Of a stretch of 64,000 bases of DNA, positions 1 to 10,163 are shown one piece after another. The stretch lies in assembly GCA_036687665.1 (NCBI GenBank), contig JAYYZZ010000003.1:132129-196128 (forward strand), read 5' to 3'. Source of the stretch: Pseudomonadota bacterium. Its GTDB lineage: Bacteria > Pseudomonadota > Gammaproteobacteria > Poriferisulfidales > JAYYZZ01. The notes beneath the pieces are model-generated. The model did no database searches, was not told the DNA's origin, and saw only the letters and a program-made list of their open reading frames with translations. A program made the translations under genes and the position numbers. Numbering within the stretch: the stretch's first letter is position 1; each line of letters opens with the position of its first letter.

Positions 1-47
1 AATGAAGCAGCTAACGCCATACTTGTTACTAACGCTTTTGTTTTCAT
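1..47 (-). CDS. 5' end of an unidentified exported protein (runs off the window)
   Basis: Minus-strand ATG at 45-47 lies 7 nt downstream of a strong SD (AGGAGGAG, complement of 55-62). The translation MKTKALVTSMALAAS.. looks like a signal peptide. Only 15 codons are visible. Confidence 0.5.
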   Translation of the reverse strand, partial: MKTKALVTSMALAAS

Positions 48-87
48 AGTTTTACTCCTCCTTAAGAGGTCCTTTATTGCGTTTAAT

Positions 88-101
88 TGCAGTTAACTGC
101 A
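88..101. promoter_or_regulatory. Perfect 14-bp palindrome TGCAGTTAACTGCA, candidate operator for the truncated minus-strand gene
   Basis: Read directly. It lies 41 nt upstream of the ATG at 47, inside a 240-bp non-coding spacer. Confidence 0.3.
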
Positions 102-288
102 GAAAAACATTCTTATTGTTTTATTCTGCGTTTTTTTATACACGCCTTTACTGACTTACAAATAGTAGAGGCGAATTTCCGATTCTACTGATAAAGAGGA
201 AGGAAGCAACCCCTAGCTATATACATAAGTATATTCGTATATATTCATATTTTTCTTAATATTTGTAAGCTGGGTTTGTGCTTTATTA

Positions 289-1554
289 TCAGGCTTTTGT
301 AGTCTTTAAATGATTTATTAAGTCATTGATTGAGATTGCCGTTTTATCTTCACTATCACGTTTTTTGTATTCAATTTTCTCTTCTTTCAAAGTTTTATCG
401 CTGATTACTATTCTATGAGGTATACCGATTAAGTCTGAATCAGCAAACATTATGCCAGGTCTTTTATCGCGATCATCGAATAAGACTGAAAACCCAGCGT
501 TTGTTAAGTCGGAATAAAGTTTGCCTGCTCGCTGTTCTAGCTCTGAAGATTGATGCATATTAATTGGTATTAATGATATTGCAAAAGGAGCCATAGTTTG
601 TGGCCATATTATCCCATTGTCGTCGAAGTTTTGTTCTATTGCTGCTGCAACAATACGTGATACACCAATTCCATAACAACCCATTTGCATGATGTGATTT
701 TTACCATCCTTGTCTAATACAGAGGCACCCATAGATTTGCTGTATTTGTCTCCTAGTTGAAATATGTGCCCAACCTCTATTCCTTTTGTTATAGATAATG
801 TCCCTTTACCATCTGGCGATGGGTCGCCTGTTTTCAGCTCTTTCTCCGATAGCTCAATGTTTACCGCGTAATCTGATGCATCAGAAAACGCAATTGAATC
901 TTCACCGGAGTCTGCTAGCACATGAAACTCATGGGATGTAGAGCCTCCTATGGCTCCTGAATCTGCTTTTACCACTTTATAGCCTAAGCCTAGACGTGAA
1001 AAAATATTTGAATATGCTGTATACATTGCCTGATACGTTTCTTCTAATGATGACTGAGTCATATGGAAAGAATAGGCATCTTTCATTAAGAATTCTCTAG
1101 CACGCATAATGCCAAAACGTGGTCTTACTTCATCCCTAAACTTGGTTTGTATTTGATAATACGTAATCGGTAATTGTTTATAGCTATTCAGCTCGCGTTT
1201 TGCTAAATCAGTTATGACTTCCTCATGAGTAGGCCCAAAGCAAAAATCCCTGTCGTGTCGGTCGCGGATTCTTAATAATTCAGGGCCATATTCTTTCCAC
1301 CGCCCTGATTCTTTCCATAATTCAGCAGGCTGGACAGCAGGCATCAATATTTCTAAAGCCCCTGTTTTATTTATCTCCTCGCGTATAATTGCCTCAACTT
1401 TTTGAAGCGCCATTAGCCCCAAAGGCATCCATGTGTACAAGCCTGAGGCTAGTTGTTTTATGAGATTTGCACGCAGCATTAATTGATGGCTTACTGTGTC
1501 AGCATCAACTGGTTTTTCTTTAGTTGTCGATAAAGCTAGTCTAGATGTACGCAT
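289..1554 (-). CDS. proS: Proline--tRNA ligase, bacterial type but lacking the INS editing domain
   Basis: Class II motifs are present: [26 protein letters not shown] and [15 protein letters not shown]...[10 protein letters not shown]. There is a C-terminal anticodon-binding region. The protein is only 421 aa (E. coli ProRS is about 570 aa). Confidence 0.95.
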   Translation of the reverse strand: MRTSRLALSTTKEKPVDADTVSHQLMLRANLIKQLASGLYTWMPLGLMALQKVEAIIREEINKTGALEILMPAVQPAELWKESGRWKEYGPELLRIRDRHDRDFCFGPTHEEVITDLAKRELNSYKQLPITYYQIQTKFRDEVRPRFGIMRAREFLMKDAYSFHMTQSSLEETYQAMYTAYSNIFSRLGLGYKVVKADSGAIGGSTSHEFHVLADSGEDSIAFSDASDYAVNIELSEKELKTGDPSPDGKGTLSITKGIEVGHIFQLGDKYSKSMGASVLDKDGKNHIMQMGCYGIGVSRIVAAAIEQNFDDNGIIWPQTMAPFAISLIPINMHQSSELEQRAGKLYSDLTNAGFSVLFDDRDKRPGIMFADSDLIGIPHRIVISDKTLKEEKIEYKKRDSEDKTAISINDLINHLKTTKA

Positions 1555-1615
1555 TTGAGTAATAATGGCATTTATAGTTTTCTTTTTGTAAGTATAGAGA
1601 CTTTCGTGACTTTAA

Positions 1616-2515
1616 GTGGAGGAAATCACATTGGCTGATCGAAGAATGCAGGTATTTTACACCGTAGCAAAGTTGCTTAGCTTTACTAAAGCTGCTGAGA
1701 CACTGCATATGACGCAACCCGCAGTAACATTTCAAATACGTCAGCTTGAAGAACATTTTAATACGCGCTTATTTGATCGAACACATAATCGCGTAAGTTT
1801 AACAGAAACTGGAAGGGCGGCTTACAAGTATGCAGAACAAATTTTTGAGCTATATGCGGAGATGGAGTCTTCTGTTAAAGAAGTTACGGGAGACCTAAGC
1901 GGTGTTTTGACAATAGGGGCAAGTACAACCATTGCTGAGTATGTTTTGCCCACTATTCTAGGAGGATTCTCAAGCAAATATCCTGAAATCAATTTACGAC
2001 TCAATGTTTCTAACACTGAAGGCATCGTTTCAATGGTAGAAAATAGTATGATTGACCTCGGGGTAGTTGAAGGCCCTGTAATGAATAAAAATTTACAAGT
2101 TGAGTTGTACAAGGTTGATGAGCTGGTCCTTATTTGCTCTTTAGACCATAAATTAGCACAAAATTCATCGATATCTTTATCTGATGTTATAGAGTTTCCT
2201 TTTATTTCAAGAGAAGAGGGGTCGGGTACAAGAGAGATTATTCTAGGTTTTTTAGAAAAAGCAGGATTAGATAAGAATAATTTAAATATAACCATGGAGC
2301 TGGGAAGCCCAGAATCTATAAAAAGGGCAGTGGAAGCACGCATGGGATTGTCAGTCATGTCGCGAGCAGCAATAGAAAAAGAAATAGCATTAAAGACTCT
2401 CACATGTGTTTCTTTCGAACCCAAACTCCAACGTGATTTTTCTTTTGTTCGCCAAAGACAAAAGTTTCACATGGGCGCAATGGAAGAGTTGCTTGCTTAT
2501 GCAAAAGGGCATTAA
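1616..2515 (+). CDS. LysR-family transcriptional regulator
   Basis: N-terminal HTH FTKAAETLHMTQPAVTFQIRQLEE followed by a substrate-binding domain. It is divergent from proS. The ORF starts at GTG 1616; ATG 1646 is an alternative start. Confidence 0.85.
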   Translation: MEEITLADRRMQVFYTVAKLLSFTKAAETLHMTQPAVTFQIRQLEEHFNTRLFDRTHNRVSLTETGRAAYKYAEQIFELYAEMESSVKEVTGDLSGVLTIGASTTIAEYVLPTILGGFSSKYPEINLRLNVSNTEGIVSMVENSMIDLGVVEGPVMNKNLQVELYKVDELVLICSLDHKLAQNSSISLSDVIEFPFISREEGSGTREIILGFLEKAGLDKNNLNITMELGSPESIKRAVEARMGLSVMSRAAIEKEIALKTLTCVSFEPKLQRDFSFVRQRQKFHMGAMEELLAYAKGH

Positions 2516-2533
2516 TAATAAATCGGGTTTAAA

Positions 2534-3592
2534 ATGATTTTCTATCTGAAAGATTGGTATAACCGCAATTTTTCTGACCCTCAGGTGGCGGTCCTAGCGA
2601 TTTTCCTATTTGCAGGATTAGCTTCTATTATCTTCATTGGCAATATACTAGCTCCATTGATTGCTGGAGTGGTGATCGCTTATGTTTTAGATGGGGCTAT
2701 ACAGCAGTTTGAAAAAAGCAGAATTCCAAGATTTTTTTTATTTTTGATAGTGTACGTTGGGTTTTTATTTTTTGTAGTTCTACTTATGTTTGGCATAGTG
2801 CCTTTGTTGTCCAAGCAGTTAGCCGGATTATTTAAAGAAATTCCTGATGCTTATGAAGCAATAATGATCTATATAGAAGGATTGCCTGGAAGATATCCAA
2901 ATATTATCGAGCAAGGTCAAATTGTAGAATTCGTTGCTAGCATACATGCGCAAATTGGCAACTTTGGGCAGCAGGCTATTAGTTTTTCATTAGCTTCTTT
3001 TCTAGACTTGATTACTATTGTTGTATATTTGTTCCTAGTGCCCCTTCTCGTCTTTTTTTTATTGAAAGATAAAGAGAAGATTGTAGAGTGGGTTGTTCAA
3101 AGACTCCCTGATAATCGCAAACTTAGCAATACAGTTTGGATAAATGTCAATAATAAGATTGCTGGCTACATTCGTGGGAAGTTCTTGGAAATACTTATTG
3201 TATGGCTATTAACTTATATTGTTTTCGAGTTTTTTGACTTGGAATACTCTATATTGCTTTCATTTTTAGTTGGGTTGTCTGTAATAATTCCATATGTGGG
3301 CGCTATAATCGTTACAGTCCCTGTAGCTTTCGTAGCTTACATGCAATGGGGTTTTACTTCGGATTGTGCATATGTGCTTCTTGCTTACATAGCCATTCAA
3401 ATTATTGATGGTAATCTAATAGTTCCAGTATTATTTTCTGAAATAGTAGATTTACATCCAGTGGCAATTATTGCAGCCATTCTGATATTTGGAAGTATAT
3501 GGGGAATTTGGGGTGTTTTCTTTGCCATCCCTCTTGCGACACTAGTTGATGCAATATTTGCTGCATGGCCAAAAACTACTTTATCTGAGTAA
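2534..3592 (+). CDS. AI-2E (PerM/YhhT) family transporter
   Basis: 352-aa polytopic membrane protein with the family-typical pattern (IPYVGAIIVTVP..., DGNLIVP). It sits next to bcp, as perM does in E. coli. Confidence 0.8.
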   Translation: MIFYLKDWYNRNFSDPQVAVLAIFLFAGLASIIFIGNILAPLIAGVVIAYVLDGAIQQFEKSRIPRFFLFLIVYVGFLFFVVLLMFGIVPLLSKQLAGLFKEIPDAYEAIMIYIEGLPGRYPNIIEQGQIVEFVASIHAQIGNFGQQAISFSLASFLDLITIVVYLFLVPLLVFFLLKDKEKIVEWVVQRLPDNRKLSNTVWINVNNKIAGYIRGKFLEILIVWLLTYIVFEFFDLEYSILLSFLVGLSVIIPYVGAIIVTVPVAFVAYMQWGFTSDCAYVLLAYIAIQIIDGNLIVPVLFSEIVDLHPVAIIAAILIFGSIWGIWGVFFAIPLATLVDAIFAAWPKTTLSE

Positions 3593-3593
3593 A

Positions 3594-4067
3594 CTATTTA
3601 TTTAACTCATTCACAGCTTCTAGCACTTCGGCTGCGTGTCCTTTTACTTTTACGCGTCTCCACTCTTGACATAATTTTCCTTGAGCATTGATCAAAAAGG
3701 TGCTTCTTTCTATGCCGCGGAATTTTCTTCCATACATATTTTTCATTTTTATAACATCAAATATTTTGCATAATTTTTCTGTGTCATCAGATATTAATTC
3801 AAACGGAAATTTTTGTTTTAGTTTAAATTTTTCATGAGAGCTTATGCTGTCTCTTGAAATTCCAAAAATAATGGTATTTTGTTTTTTAAATTTCTTGTAG
3901 TTTGCACGAAAGTCTTGCCCTTCTTGAGTACAGCCGGGAGTATTGTCCTTAGGATAAAAATACAGCACAACATTCATGCCTTTCAAAGCGCTTATGCTGA
4001 TTTTTTGGCTATTCGTGCAAGAGACCCTAAAAGCGGGGATCTTGCGCCCAAGTTCTGCTTTTGACAT
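3594..4067 (-). CDS. bcp: Thioredoxin-dependent peroxiredoxin Bcp
   Basis: YFYPKDNTPGCTQEG peroxidatic-Cys motif; 157 aa. Confidence 0.9.
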   Translation of the reverse strand: MSKAELGRKIPAFRVSCTNSQKISISALKGMNVVLYFYPKDNTPGCTQEGQDFRANYKKFKKQNTIIFGISRDSISSHEKFKLKQKFPFELISDDTEKLCKIFDVIKMKNMYGRKFRGIERSTFLINAQGKLCQEWRRVKVKGHAAEVLEAVNELNK

Positions 4068-4156
4068 TGTCTCTAGCCCTCACTGTCTTTAATTTGTATG
4101 ATACTCAATAAGAAAGTTTTATAAAGAGATAATCACTATTGTCACAAGGCGCAAAA

Positions 4157-5032
4157 ATGTTTCAAGGTAGTATGGTAGCAATGGCAACCCCAATGCAAGA
4201 TGACGGCACAATTGATTACCCGTCACTGGATACTCTTGTTGATTTTCATCTGCAGAATAATACTGACGCAATTGTTCCTGTTGGAACGACGGGTGAATCG
4301 GCAACATTAAACAACAAAGAGCATGAGGAGGTCATAAAAAGAGTTATACAGAGAGTAAATAAAAGGATCCCTGTGATTGCTGGCACAGGAGCAAATTCAA
4401 CAGATGAAGCCATTGAACTTACTGAGTACGCTTTCAAAGTAGGGGCAGATGCTTGTTTGCTCGTTACTCCATACTATAATAAACCAACACAAGAAGGTTT
4501 ATACCAGCATTTTAAGGCTGTAGCGCAGGCTGTCCCGATTCCACAAATACTCTACAATGTTCCGAGCAGGACCGCATGCGACATGCTCCCAAAGACTGTT
4601 TCACGGCTTGCTGATATAGAAAATATTGTAGGGCTAAAAGAGGCAATAGGTGAACTCGATCGTCTTAAAGAGGTCATAGATCTATGTGGGGACAGAATAG
4701 CAATAATTAGCGGAGATGATGCCACATCTATGGAGACATTGCTTTTAGGGGGAAAAGGAGTAATTACTGTCACAGGAAATATTGCACCCCAACTTATGCA
4801 TGATATGTGTGTGGCAGGGATAAGCGGCAAGCGTCAAGAGGCTGAGAGAATTAACTCTTTGCTTGAAGGTTTGCATCATGATCTTTTTCTGGAATCTAAC
4901 CCAATTCCGGTAAAATGGGCCTTAAATGTAATGGGCTTGATACCACCGGGGATACGATTACCCCTTACAACTTTATCAAATGAGCACCATGAACAATTGC
5001 GAGAGTCTATGAAAAGAGCCGAGGTGATTTAA
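4157..5032 (+). CDS. dapA: 4-hydroxy-tetrahydrodipicolinate synthase
   Basis: MFQGSMVAMATPM..VPVGTTGES..YNKP motifs. The ORF opens at TTG 4139, but ATG 4157 matches the usual DapA N-terminus. Confidence 0.95.
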   Translation: MFQGSMVAMATPMQDDGTIDYPSLDTLVDFHLQNNTDAIVPVGTTGESATLNNKEHEEVIKRVIQRVNKRIPVIAGTGANSTDEAIELTEYAFKVGADACLLVTPYYNKPTQEGLYQHFKAVAQAVPIPQILYNVPSRTACDMLPKTVSRLADIENIVGLKEAIGELDRLKEVIDLCGDRIAIISGDDATSMETLLLGGKGVITVTGNIAPQLMHDMCVAGISGKRQEAERINSLLEGLHHDLFLESNPIPVKWALNVMGLIPPGIRLPLTTLSNEHHEQLRESMKRAEVI

Positions 5033-5033
5033 C

Positions 5034-6128
5034 TTGCGTATACGTACAACGGTTTTAACTAAAATATTTCTATTAGTTGCAGCGTTAACTTTATCTGCTT
5101 GCAGTAATAAGCCACTTTCACTGGACGACCTTTGGGAAAGTGCAACGGATGCATGGGCAGACTTGCCAGTGGTTGGAGGGGGCGATGATAATTATTTGAA
5201 AAGTGGCTCTTCAAAAGCTTTACAGATCCCCCCTGATTTAACGACTCCTAATCACGCTGACGCGTTAGAAATTCCAGATGACGAGGTCAGCGCAAAACAA
5301 GTTGGGTATAAGGCATCAATGCAGCAAGTTGTTTTGCCAGAGTTTTTAGATATGACTATCAGACGACAAGGAAATGTTAGGTGGCTTGAAGTAGACACTG
5401 ACCCCATGAGTCTATGGGAGCCAATTAAAAGTTTTTGGTTCAACCAAGGTTTTGACTTAGTAAAAGATTTACCAGTTCTTGGGCTGATGGAGACACAATG
5501 GAAGGAAGTCAATCAAGTCATTCCTAGCGCCGGCAAATATTCTGATGCAGATGAGGCACGCAAAAGTTCCTATGCTGCCCTACGTCAAAAATATAGAACT
5601 AGAATGGAGCGTGAACCAAACGGTAGAACGAATATATTTATAACCCAGAGATCTTCTGTTGTAGTTGGCCTGAATAAATCGAATGAAGTGGTCTGGGGTA
5701 TGAGACCTCCGAATCCCGAAAAAGAAGCAGAGATTTTTGTAAGGATAATGGAATTTTTAGGATCAACGCGCGGGAATGCTACAGAAAAGATAAAAGGTGA
5801 AGATTTAAAAGATGCAGCAAGAATTAAAATGGCTGATCTAGCTGGAGTTCCTGTGCTTTTTGTTGAAGACGAATATAGCAATGTATGGAGGCAAACAGGA
5901 GTTGCTTTAGATAGGGCCGGGTTATATGTAGACGATTATGATCGTGACAAAGGTGTTTATTTGGTTAGCAAGATAGATGCAGAGGGAGGCCAGGTTCAGT
6001 ATGAAGTACGCTTATTGCAGCAAAAGAAAAGAACAGTAATAACGGCTCACTTAGCAAAAAGCAACAAAAAGATTAATTTTGCTTTAGCAAAAAATATTCT
6101 AAGACATGTGTTAGCTGCTTATAATTGA
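5034..6128 (+). CDS. bamC: Outer-membrane protein assembly factor BamC (lipoprotein)
   Basis: Lipobox LTLSAC. It lies immediately downstream of dapA (conserved synteny). TTG start with a GAGGTG SD. Confidence 0.8.
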   Translation: MRIRTTVLTKIFLLVAALTLSACSNKPLSLDDLWESATDAWADLPVVGGGDDNYLKSGSSKALQIPPDLTTPNHADALEIPDDEVSAKQVGYKASMQQVVLPEFLDMTIRRQGNVRWLEVDTDPMSLWEPIKSFWFNQGFDLVKDLPVLGLMETQWKEVNQVIPSAGKYSDADEARKSSYAALRQKYRTRMEREPNGRTNIFITQRSSVVVGLNKSNEVVWGMRPPNPEKEAEIFVRIMEFLGSTRGNATEKIKGEDLKDAARIKMADLAGVPVLFVEDEYSNVWRQTGVALDRAGLYVDDYDRDKGVYLVSKIDAEGGQVQYEVRLLQQKKRTVITAHLAKSNKKINFALAKNILRHVLAAYN

Positions 6129-6149
6129 GGAAAAAATTCTAAACGAATC

Positions 6150-7043
6150 TTATTTGTCTTTTGCAGACATGCTTGATGCTTTTATTCTAGACATATCAAG
6201 GAAAGTGATGTTTTCTCTCGTGGTTGTTGATATGTCTTTCCTTTTATCTTTTTCAATGTAAGCGTAAGCAGAGTGATTATGTATTGATTCGAAATTTTCA
6301 GATTCTATTGAGTACATAGATATACGCTTGTCCTCATTTAATTCAAGCGCAATATCACGCACTAAATCTTCTACAAATTTTGGGTTGTCGTATGCTTTCT
6401 CAGTAACATATTTTTCGTCTGGTCGCTTTAGAATGCCATATACTTCGCATGACGCATGTTTTTCTATTAATTTAACTAACTCTTCTAACCAAATGCCCTT
6501 TGTTGTTTCTACTTCAACGGTTACATGAGAGCGTTGATTGTGAGCACCATAATCTGAGATATTTTTTGAACAAGGACACAAACTGGTAACAGGAGCCTGA
6601 ACTTTTAAAAATATTTTGTATGACCCTTTTCTGAACTCCCCAGTTAGGGTTGCTTCATAATCAAGCATGCTTTCGACACCTGTAACTGGAGCAGATTTTT
6701 TAAGAAAAAAAGGAAAATCGATTTTTACATAACCGCTCTCTGAGCCTAACTCTTTTGTCGTATCTTGCAATAAGCGTTTAAATGACTCGATTCCAGCAAG
6801 GGTATCAAATTGCCCAAGCAAGTCGACAAATCTTGACATATGCGTGCCTCTTACATTGTCAGCTAAATTTACAGCCATAGTGAAATTCGCGACAGTTGCC
6901 TGAATATTATTGTTCGTGGACTTAATATTGACTGGGTGCCTGATATTTTTTATCCCTACTTTATTTATAGGAATTTCTCTCGCATCAGCACTACTTTGCG
7001 TGTCTGTTAGTTTATTCTTTTTTTCTTCTGCCTTTATAACCAT
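6150..7043 (-). CDS. folE2: GTP cyclohydrolase I type 2 (FolE2)
   Basis: Family motifs GTHMSRF, SLCPCSK and AHNQRSH. Confidence 0.85.
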   Translation of the reverse strand: MVIKAEEKKNKLTDTQSSADAREIPINKVGIKNIRHPVNIKSTNNNIQATVANFTMAVNLADNVRGTHMSRFVDLLGQFDTLAGIESFKRLLQDTTKELGSESGYVKIDFPFFLKKSAPVTGVESMLDYEATLTGEFRKGSYKIFLKVQAPVTSLCPCSKNISDYGAHNQRSHVTVEVETTKGIWLEELVKLIEKHASCEVYGILKRPDEKYVTEKAYDNPKFVEDLVRDIALELNEDKRISMYSIESENFESIHNHSAYAYIEKDKRKDISTTTRENITFLDMSRIKASSMSAKDK

Positions 7044-7069
7044 TTTTTTCTCATATGCCTAATTTCAAG

Positions 7070-8962
7070 CTATTCTGATGATACTTTAGCTTCTTTATTA
7101 CTACAAGTCTTTGGTTCAGACAGGTATTCAATTATTGATTCATAAATACTCTGCGGATCTAAGCGTGCCTCCTGTATCTGATCTTCCCTGCTGCCATGAT
7201 CTATAAAGAAATCTGGCAGTCCTAGGTTTAAAATTTCTGTTTCAAGGTGTTGTGATTGCACGAATTCATTAACAGCACTTCCCGCCCCTCCTTTTATGGA
7301 GTTGTCTTCTATCGTAACAAGTAGGTTATGATTCATTGCGGTTTTTATAATCATATCCTCGTCTAATGGTTTTACAAAACGCATGTTTATTACTGTCGCG
7401 TCAATCTTGTTTGCAACAGCTATCGCATTTTCTAATAAACCACCAAAAACTAACAAGGCAGTGCCATTGCCCTGCCTTATGCATTCAGATTTACCTATTG
7501 GGATCAAAGCCATTTTTTTGTTAACGAGAGACTGAGGCCCGCTTCCTCTTGGGTAACGCACTGCGGCCGGACCCTTATGTTTGAATCCGGTATATAACAT
7601 TTGTCTGCATTCATTTTCATTTGACGGTGCCATAATAATTACATGTGGAATGCATCTTAGATAGGTTAAATCAAAGCTACCCGAGTGTGTTTGACCATCT
7701 GGGCCCACGAGACCTGCTCTATCTATAGCTAAGAGAATATCTAATTTTTGTACTGCTATATCATGAATTAATTGGTCATATGCTCTTTGTAAAAAAGTTG
7801 AATAAATAGCAACTACGGGTTTTAGCCCCTCACATGCCATGCCAGCTGCAAGTGTTAAAGCATGTTGTTCAGCAATACCAACATCAAAATATTTTTTAGG
7901 AAATTTTTTCGAGAATTTTACCAAACCAGAACCTTCTTTCATCGCCGGTGTAATTGCTACTAGCGCAGAATCTTTTTCTGCCATATCACAAATCCAATCA
8001 CTAAACACCTGCGTGTAGGTTTTCTTACTTTTTGTTTTTGGGTGTATTACTCCTACTTTTGGATCAAACTCAGGAACAGCATGGTATCCAACAGGGTCGG
8101 TCTCGGCGGGCTCATATCCTTTCCCCTTGCGTGTAATTATATGGAGTAAGCGTGGCCCTGAAAGTTTTTTTAAATTATCCAACGTTTTTACTAAAGTGTG
8201 TATATCGTGCCCATCGATAGGGCCATAGTAATTTATACCCATTTCTTCAAACAAAGTGCCTGGTGCGATCATGCCTTTGATATGTTCCTCTGTTCTTCTT
8301 GCAAACTCATGAACTGAAGGAACTTGTTTTAATATTTGTTTGCTGCCTTCTCTTACAGAAGAAACAATACGTCCTGACATTATGCGAGTTAAGTAATTTG
8401 ACATAGCTCCAACATTTGGGGAGATAGACATTTCGTTATCATTTAAAATCACTAGCACGTCTGTGTCTAAAGTGCCCATATGGTTCAAAGCTTCATATGC
8501 CATCCCAGCTGACAACCCTCCATCTCCAAGAATAGAGATAATCTTGCGAGGAGAGTCTTGAGATTGAGAAGCGATTGCCATACCAACTGCTGCACTTACA
8601 GATGTGCTGGAATGACCTACTCCAAATGTATCATATTCACTTTCTTCACGCGCTGGGAACGGAGCAAGGCCGCCTCTTTTTCTTATAGTTTTAAGTTGGT
8701 CGCGACGACCAGTTAATACTTTGTGCCCATAACATTGATGCCCTACATCCCATACTAAGCGATCATGTGGTGTTTTATAAACATAATGTAATGCGACAGT
8801 GAGCTCAACGGCACCCAGACTGGCGCCAAAATGGCCACCACACTTAGAAACTGTCTGAATTAAATATTCTCTTAATTCTTCACAAACTTGAGATAATTCT
8901 GATGCGTCTAGATTTCTTAAATCTTTAGGGCTATTTATATTTTCTAGATATGGAAACTGCAT
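7070..8962 (-). CDS. dxs: 1-deoxy-D-xylulose-5-phosphate synthase
   Basis: 630 aa with the GHSSTS and GDG..SAGMAYEALN TPP motifs. The ispA-dxs synteny is present. Confidence 0.97.
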   Translation of the reverse strand: MQFPYLENINSPKDLRNLDASELSQVCEELREYLIQTVSKCGGHFGASLGAVELTVALHYVYKTPHDRLVWDVGHQCYGHKVLTGRRDQLKTIRKRGGLAPFPAREESEYDTFGVGHSSTSVSAAVGMAIASQSQDSPRKIISILGDGGLSAGMAYEALNHMGTLDTDVLVILNDNEMSISPNVGAMSNYLTRIMSGRIVSSVREGSKQILKQVPSVHEFARRTEEHIKGMIAPGTLFEEMGINYYGPIDGHDIHTLVKTLDNLKKLSGPRLLHIITRKGKGYEPAETDPVGYHAVPEFDPKVGVIHPKTKSKKTYTQVFSDWICDMAEKDSALVAITPAMKEGSGLVKFSKKFPKKYFDVGIAEQHALTLAAGMACEGLKPVVAIYSTFLQRAYDQLIHDIAVQKLDILLAIDRAGLVGPDGQTHSGSFDLTYLRCIPHVIIMAPSNENECRQMLYTGFKHKGPAAVRYPRGSGPQSLVNKKMALIPIGKSECIRQGNGTALLVFGGLLENAIAVANKIDATVINMRFVKPLDEDMIIKTAMNHNLLVTIEDNSIKGGAGSAVNEFVQSQHLETEILNLGLPDFFIDHGSREDQIQEARLDPQSIYESIIEYLSEPKTCSNKEAKVSSE

Positions 8963-8980
8963 TTTTTAATTTATAATCAA

Positions 8981-9886
8981 TTAGTAGGCGCGTCGTACAA
9001 TATATTTAGATAGGTTTCTTAATTGTTCGCCAGATTCTTCAAGAAAGTCTATATGTTGTAATGCTTTTTCAAGTAATTTTTCGAGTATATCTTTCGCTAC
9101 TTCTATACCAAATACTGTTACGTACGTTGGGTGTCCTCGCGCAGCATCAGAACCTTTTAATTTTCCTAAGTCAGCACTACTTCCTTCTACATCAAGAATA
9201 TCATCTTTGATTTGAAAAGCGAGCCCTATATCCAATGCAAACTGGCTAATTTCATCATTTTCTTTTCTGGAAAGGTTGGCGTCATCGAGTAGAGTTGCCA
9301 TCATAATCCCAGCATGAATTAAAGAACCTGTTTTTAGTCGATGTATTTTTTCAACATCATTCTTTGAAATGTTTTTGCCAACAGCAGCAAGATCAAGCAC
9401 TTGCCCGCCTGCCATGCCTTGGGAGCCAGCAGCATCACCCAGCATCTTTACCCATTGTGTACAGAGACCCCCATTTTTTTTTGCTTCAGCAGAAGCGCAT
9501 AATTTATTAAATGCGAGAGCTTGAAGAGCATCGCCTGCAAGTATTGCATTAGCTTCACCAAAAGCTTTATGGCAAGTCGGCTTACCCCTTCTAAGATCAT
9601 CGTTATCCATTGCAGGAAGATCATCGTGGATTAGTGAATACACATGTATGAGTTCTATTGCTGCTGCTACTGAATCCAGTTTTTCGTAAGGTATGTTAAA
9701 AGCTGATCCAACAGAATAAATTAGCCCTGGACGTATACGTTTGCCATCACCAAAAACTGAATACCTCATTGCGTTGTGCAAAATACCGGGTTCAGTATTT
9801 TTAGGTGGCAGCCAATTATTTAGTGTTTTATCAACTCGTAAATTTATTTTTTCAAGGAATTTTTCAATTTCAGCCTTATTCATCAT
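8981..9886 (-). CDS. ispA: (2E,6E)-farnesyl diphosphate synthase
   Basis: Two Asp-rich motifs, LIHDDLPAMDNDD and FQIKDDILD. Confidence 0.93.
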   Translation of the reverse strand: MMNKAEIEKFLEKINLRVDKTLNNWLPPKNTEPGILHNAMRYSVFGDGKRIRPGLIYSVGSAFNIPYEKLDSVAAAIELIHVYSLIHDDLPAMDNDDLRRGKPTCHKAFGEANAILAGDALQALAFNKLCASAEAKKNGGLCTQWVKMLGDAAGSQGMAGGQVLDLAAVGKNISKNDVEKIHRLKTGSLIHAGIMMATLLDDANLSRKENDEISQFALDIGLAFQIKDDILDVEGSSADLGKLKGSDAARGHPTYVTVFGIEVAKDILEKLLEKALQHIDFLEESGEQLRNLSKYIVRRAY

Positions 9887-10127
9887 TTTCGTCTAAAAAT
9901 GGCTCAGATATTATTTTTTCATTTTTTTTTGTAACTTGCTCGACACGCTGAGAGGCTTTATCCAATAGGCTTTGGCACGTAGTGTTTATTTCGACGCCCT
10001 TTTCGAACTCTTTCATAGACTCCTCAAGGGAAAGATCTCCAGATTCAAGTTTAACTAATACTTCTTTAAGCTGATTAATTAGTTTTTCAAAATCAACTTT
10101 TTGATTCGTGTTTTTCTTTTCTGACAT
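9876..10127 (-). CDS. xseB: Exodeoxyribonuclease VII small subunit
   Basis: 83 aa with the FEKLINQLKEVLVKLESGDLSLEES pattern. It overlaps the ispA start, as in other Gammaproteobacteria. Confidence 0.9.
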   Translation of the reverse strand: MSEKKNTNQKVDFEKLINQLKEVLVKLESGDLSLEESMKEFEKGVEINTTCQSLLDKASQRVEQVTKKNEKIISEPFLDENDE

Positions 10128-10163
10128 GTTTTATCTCCTAGCCTGTTTTAGGATAACCTAAGT

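Noticed and set aside
1541-1756. 71-aa minus-strand ORF across the proS/lysR divergent region
   Set aside because: It overlaps the N-terminus of the LysR regulator and the proS start. Its composition is Cys/Tyr/Leu-rich, which is typical of out-of-frame AT-rich sequence.
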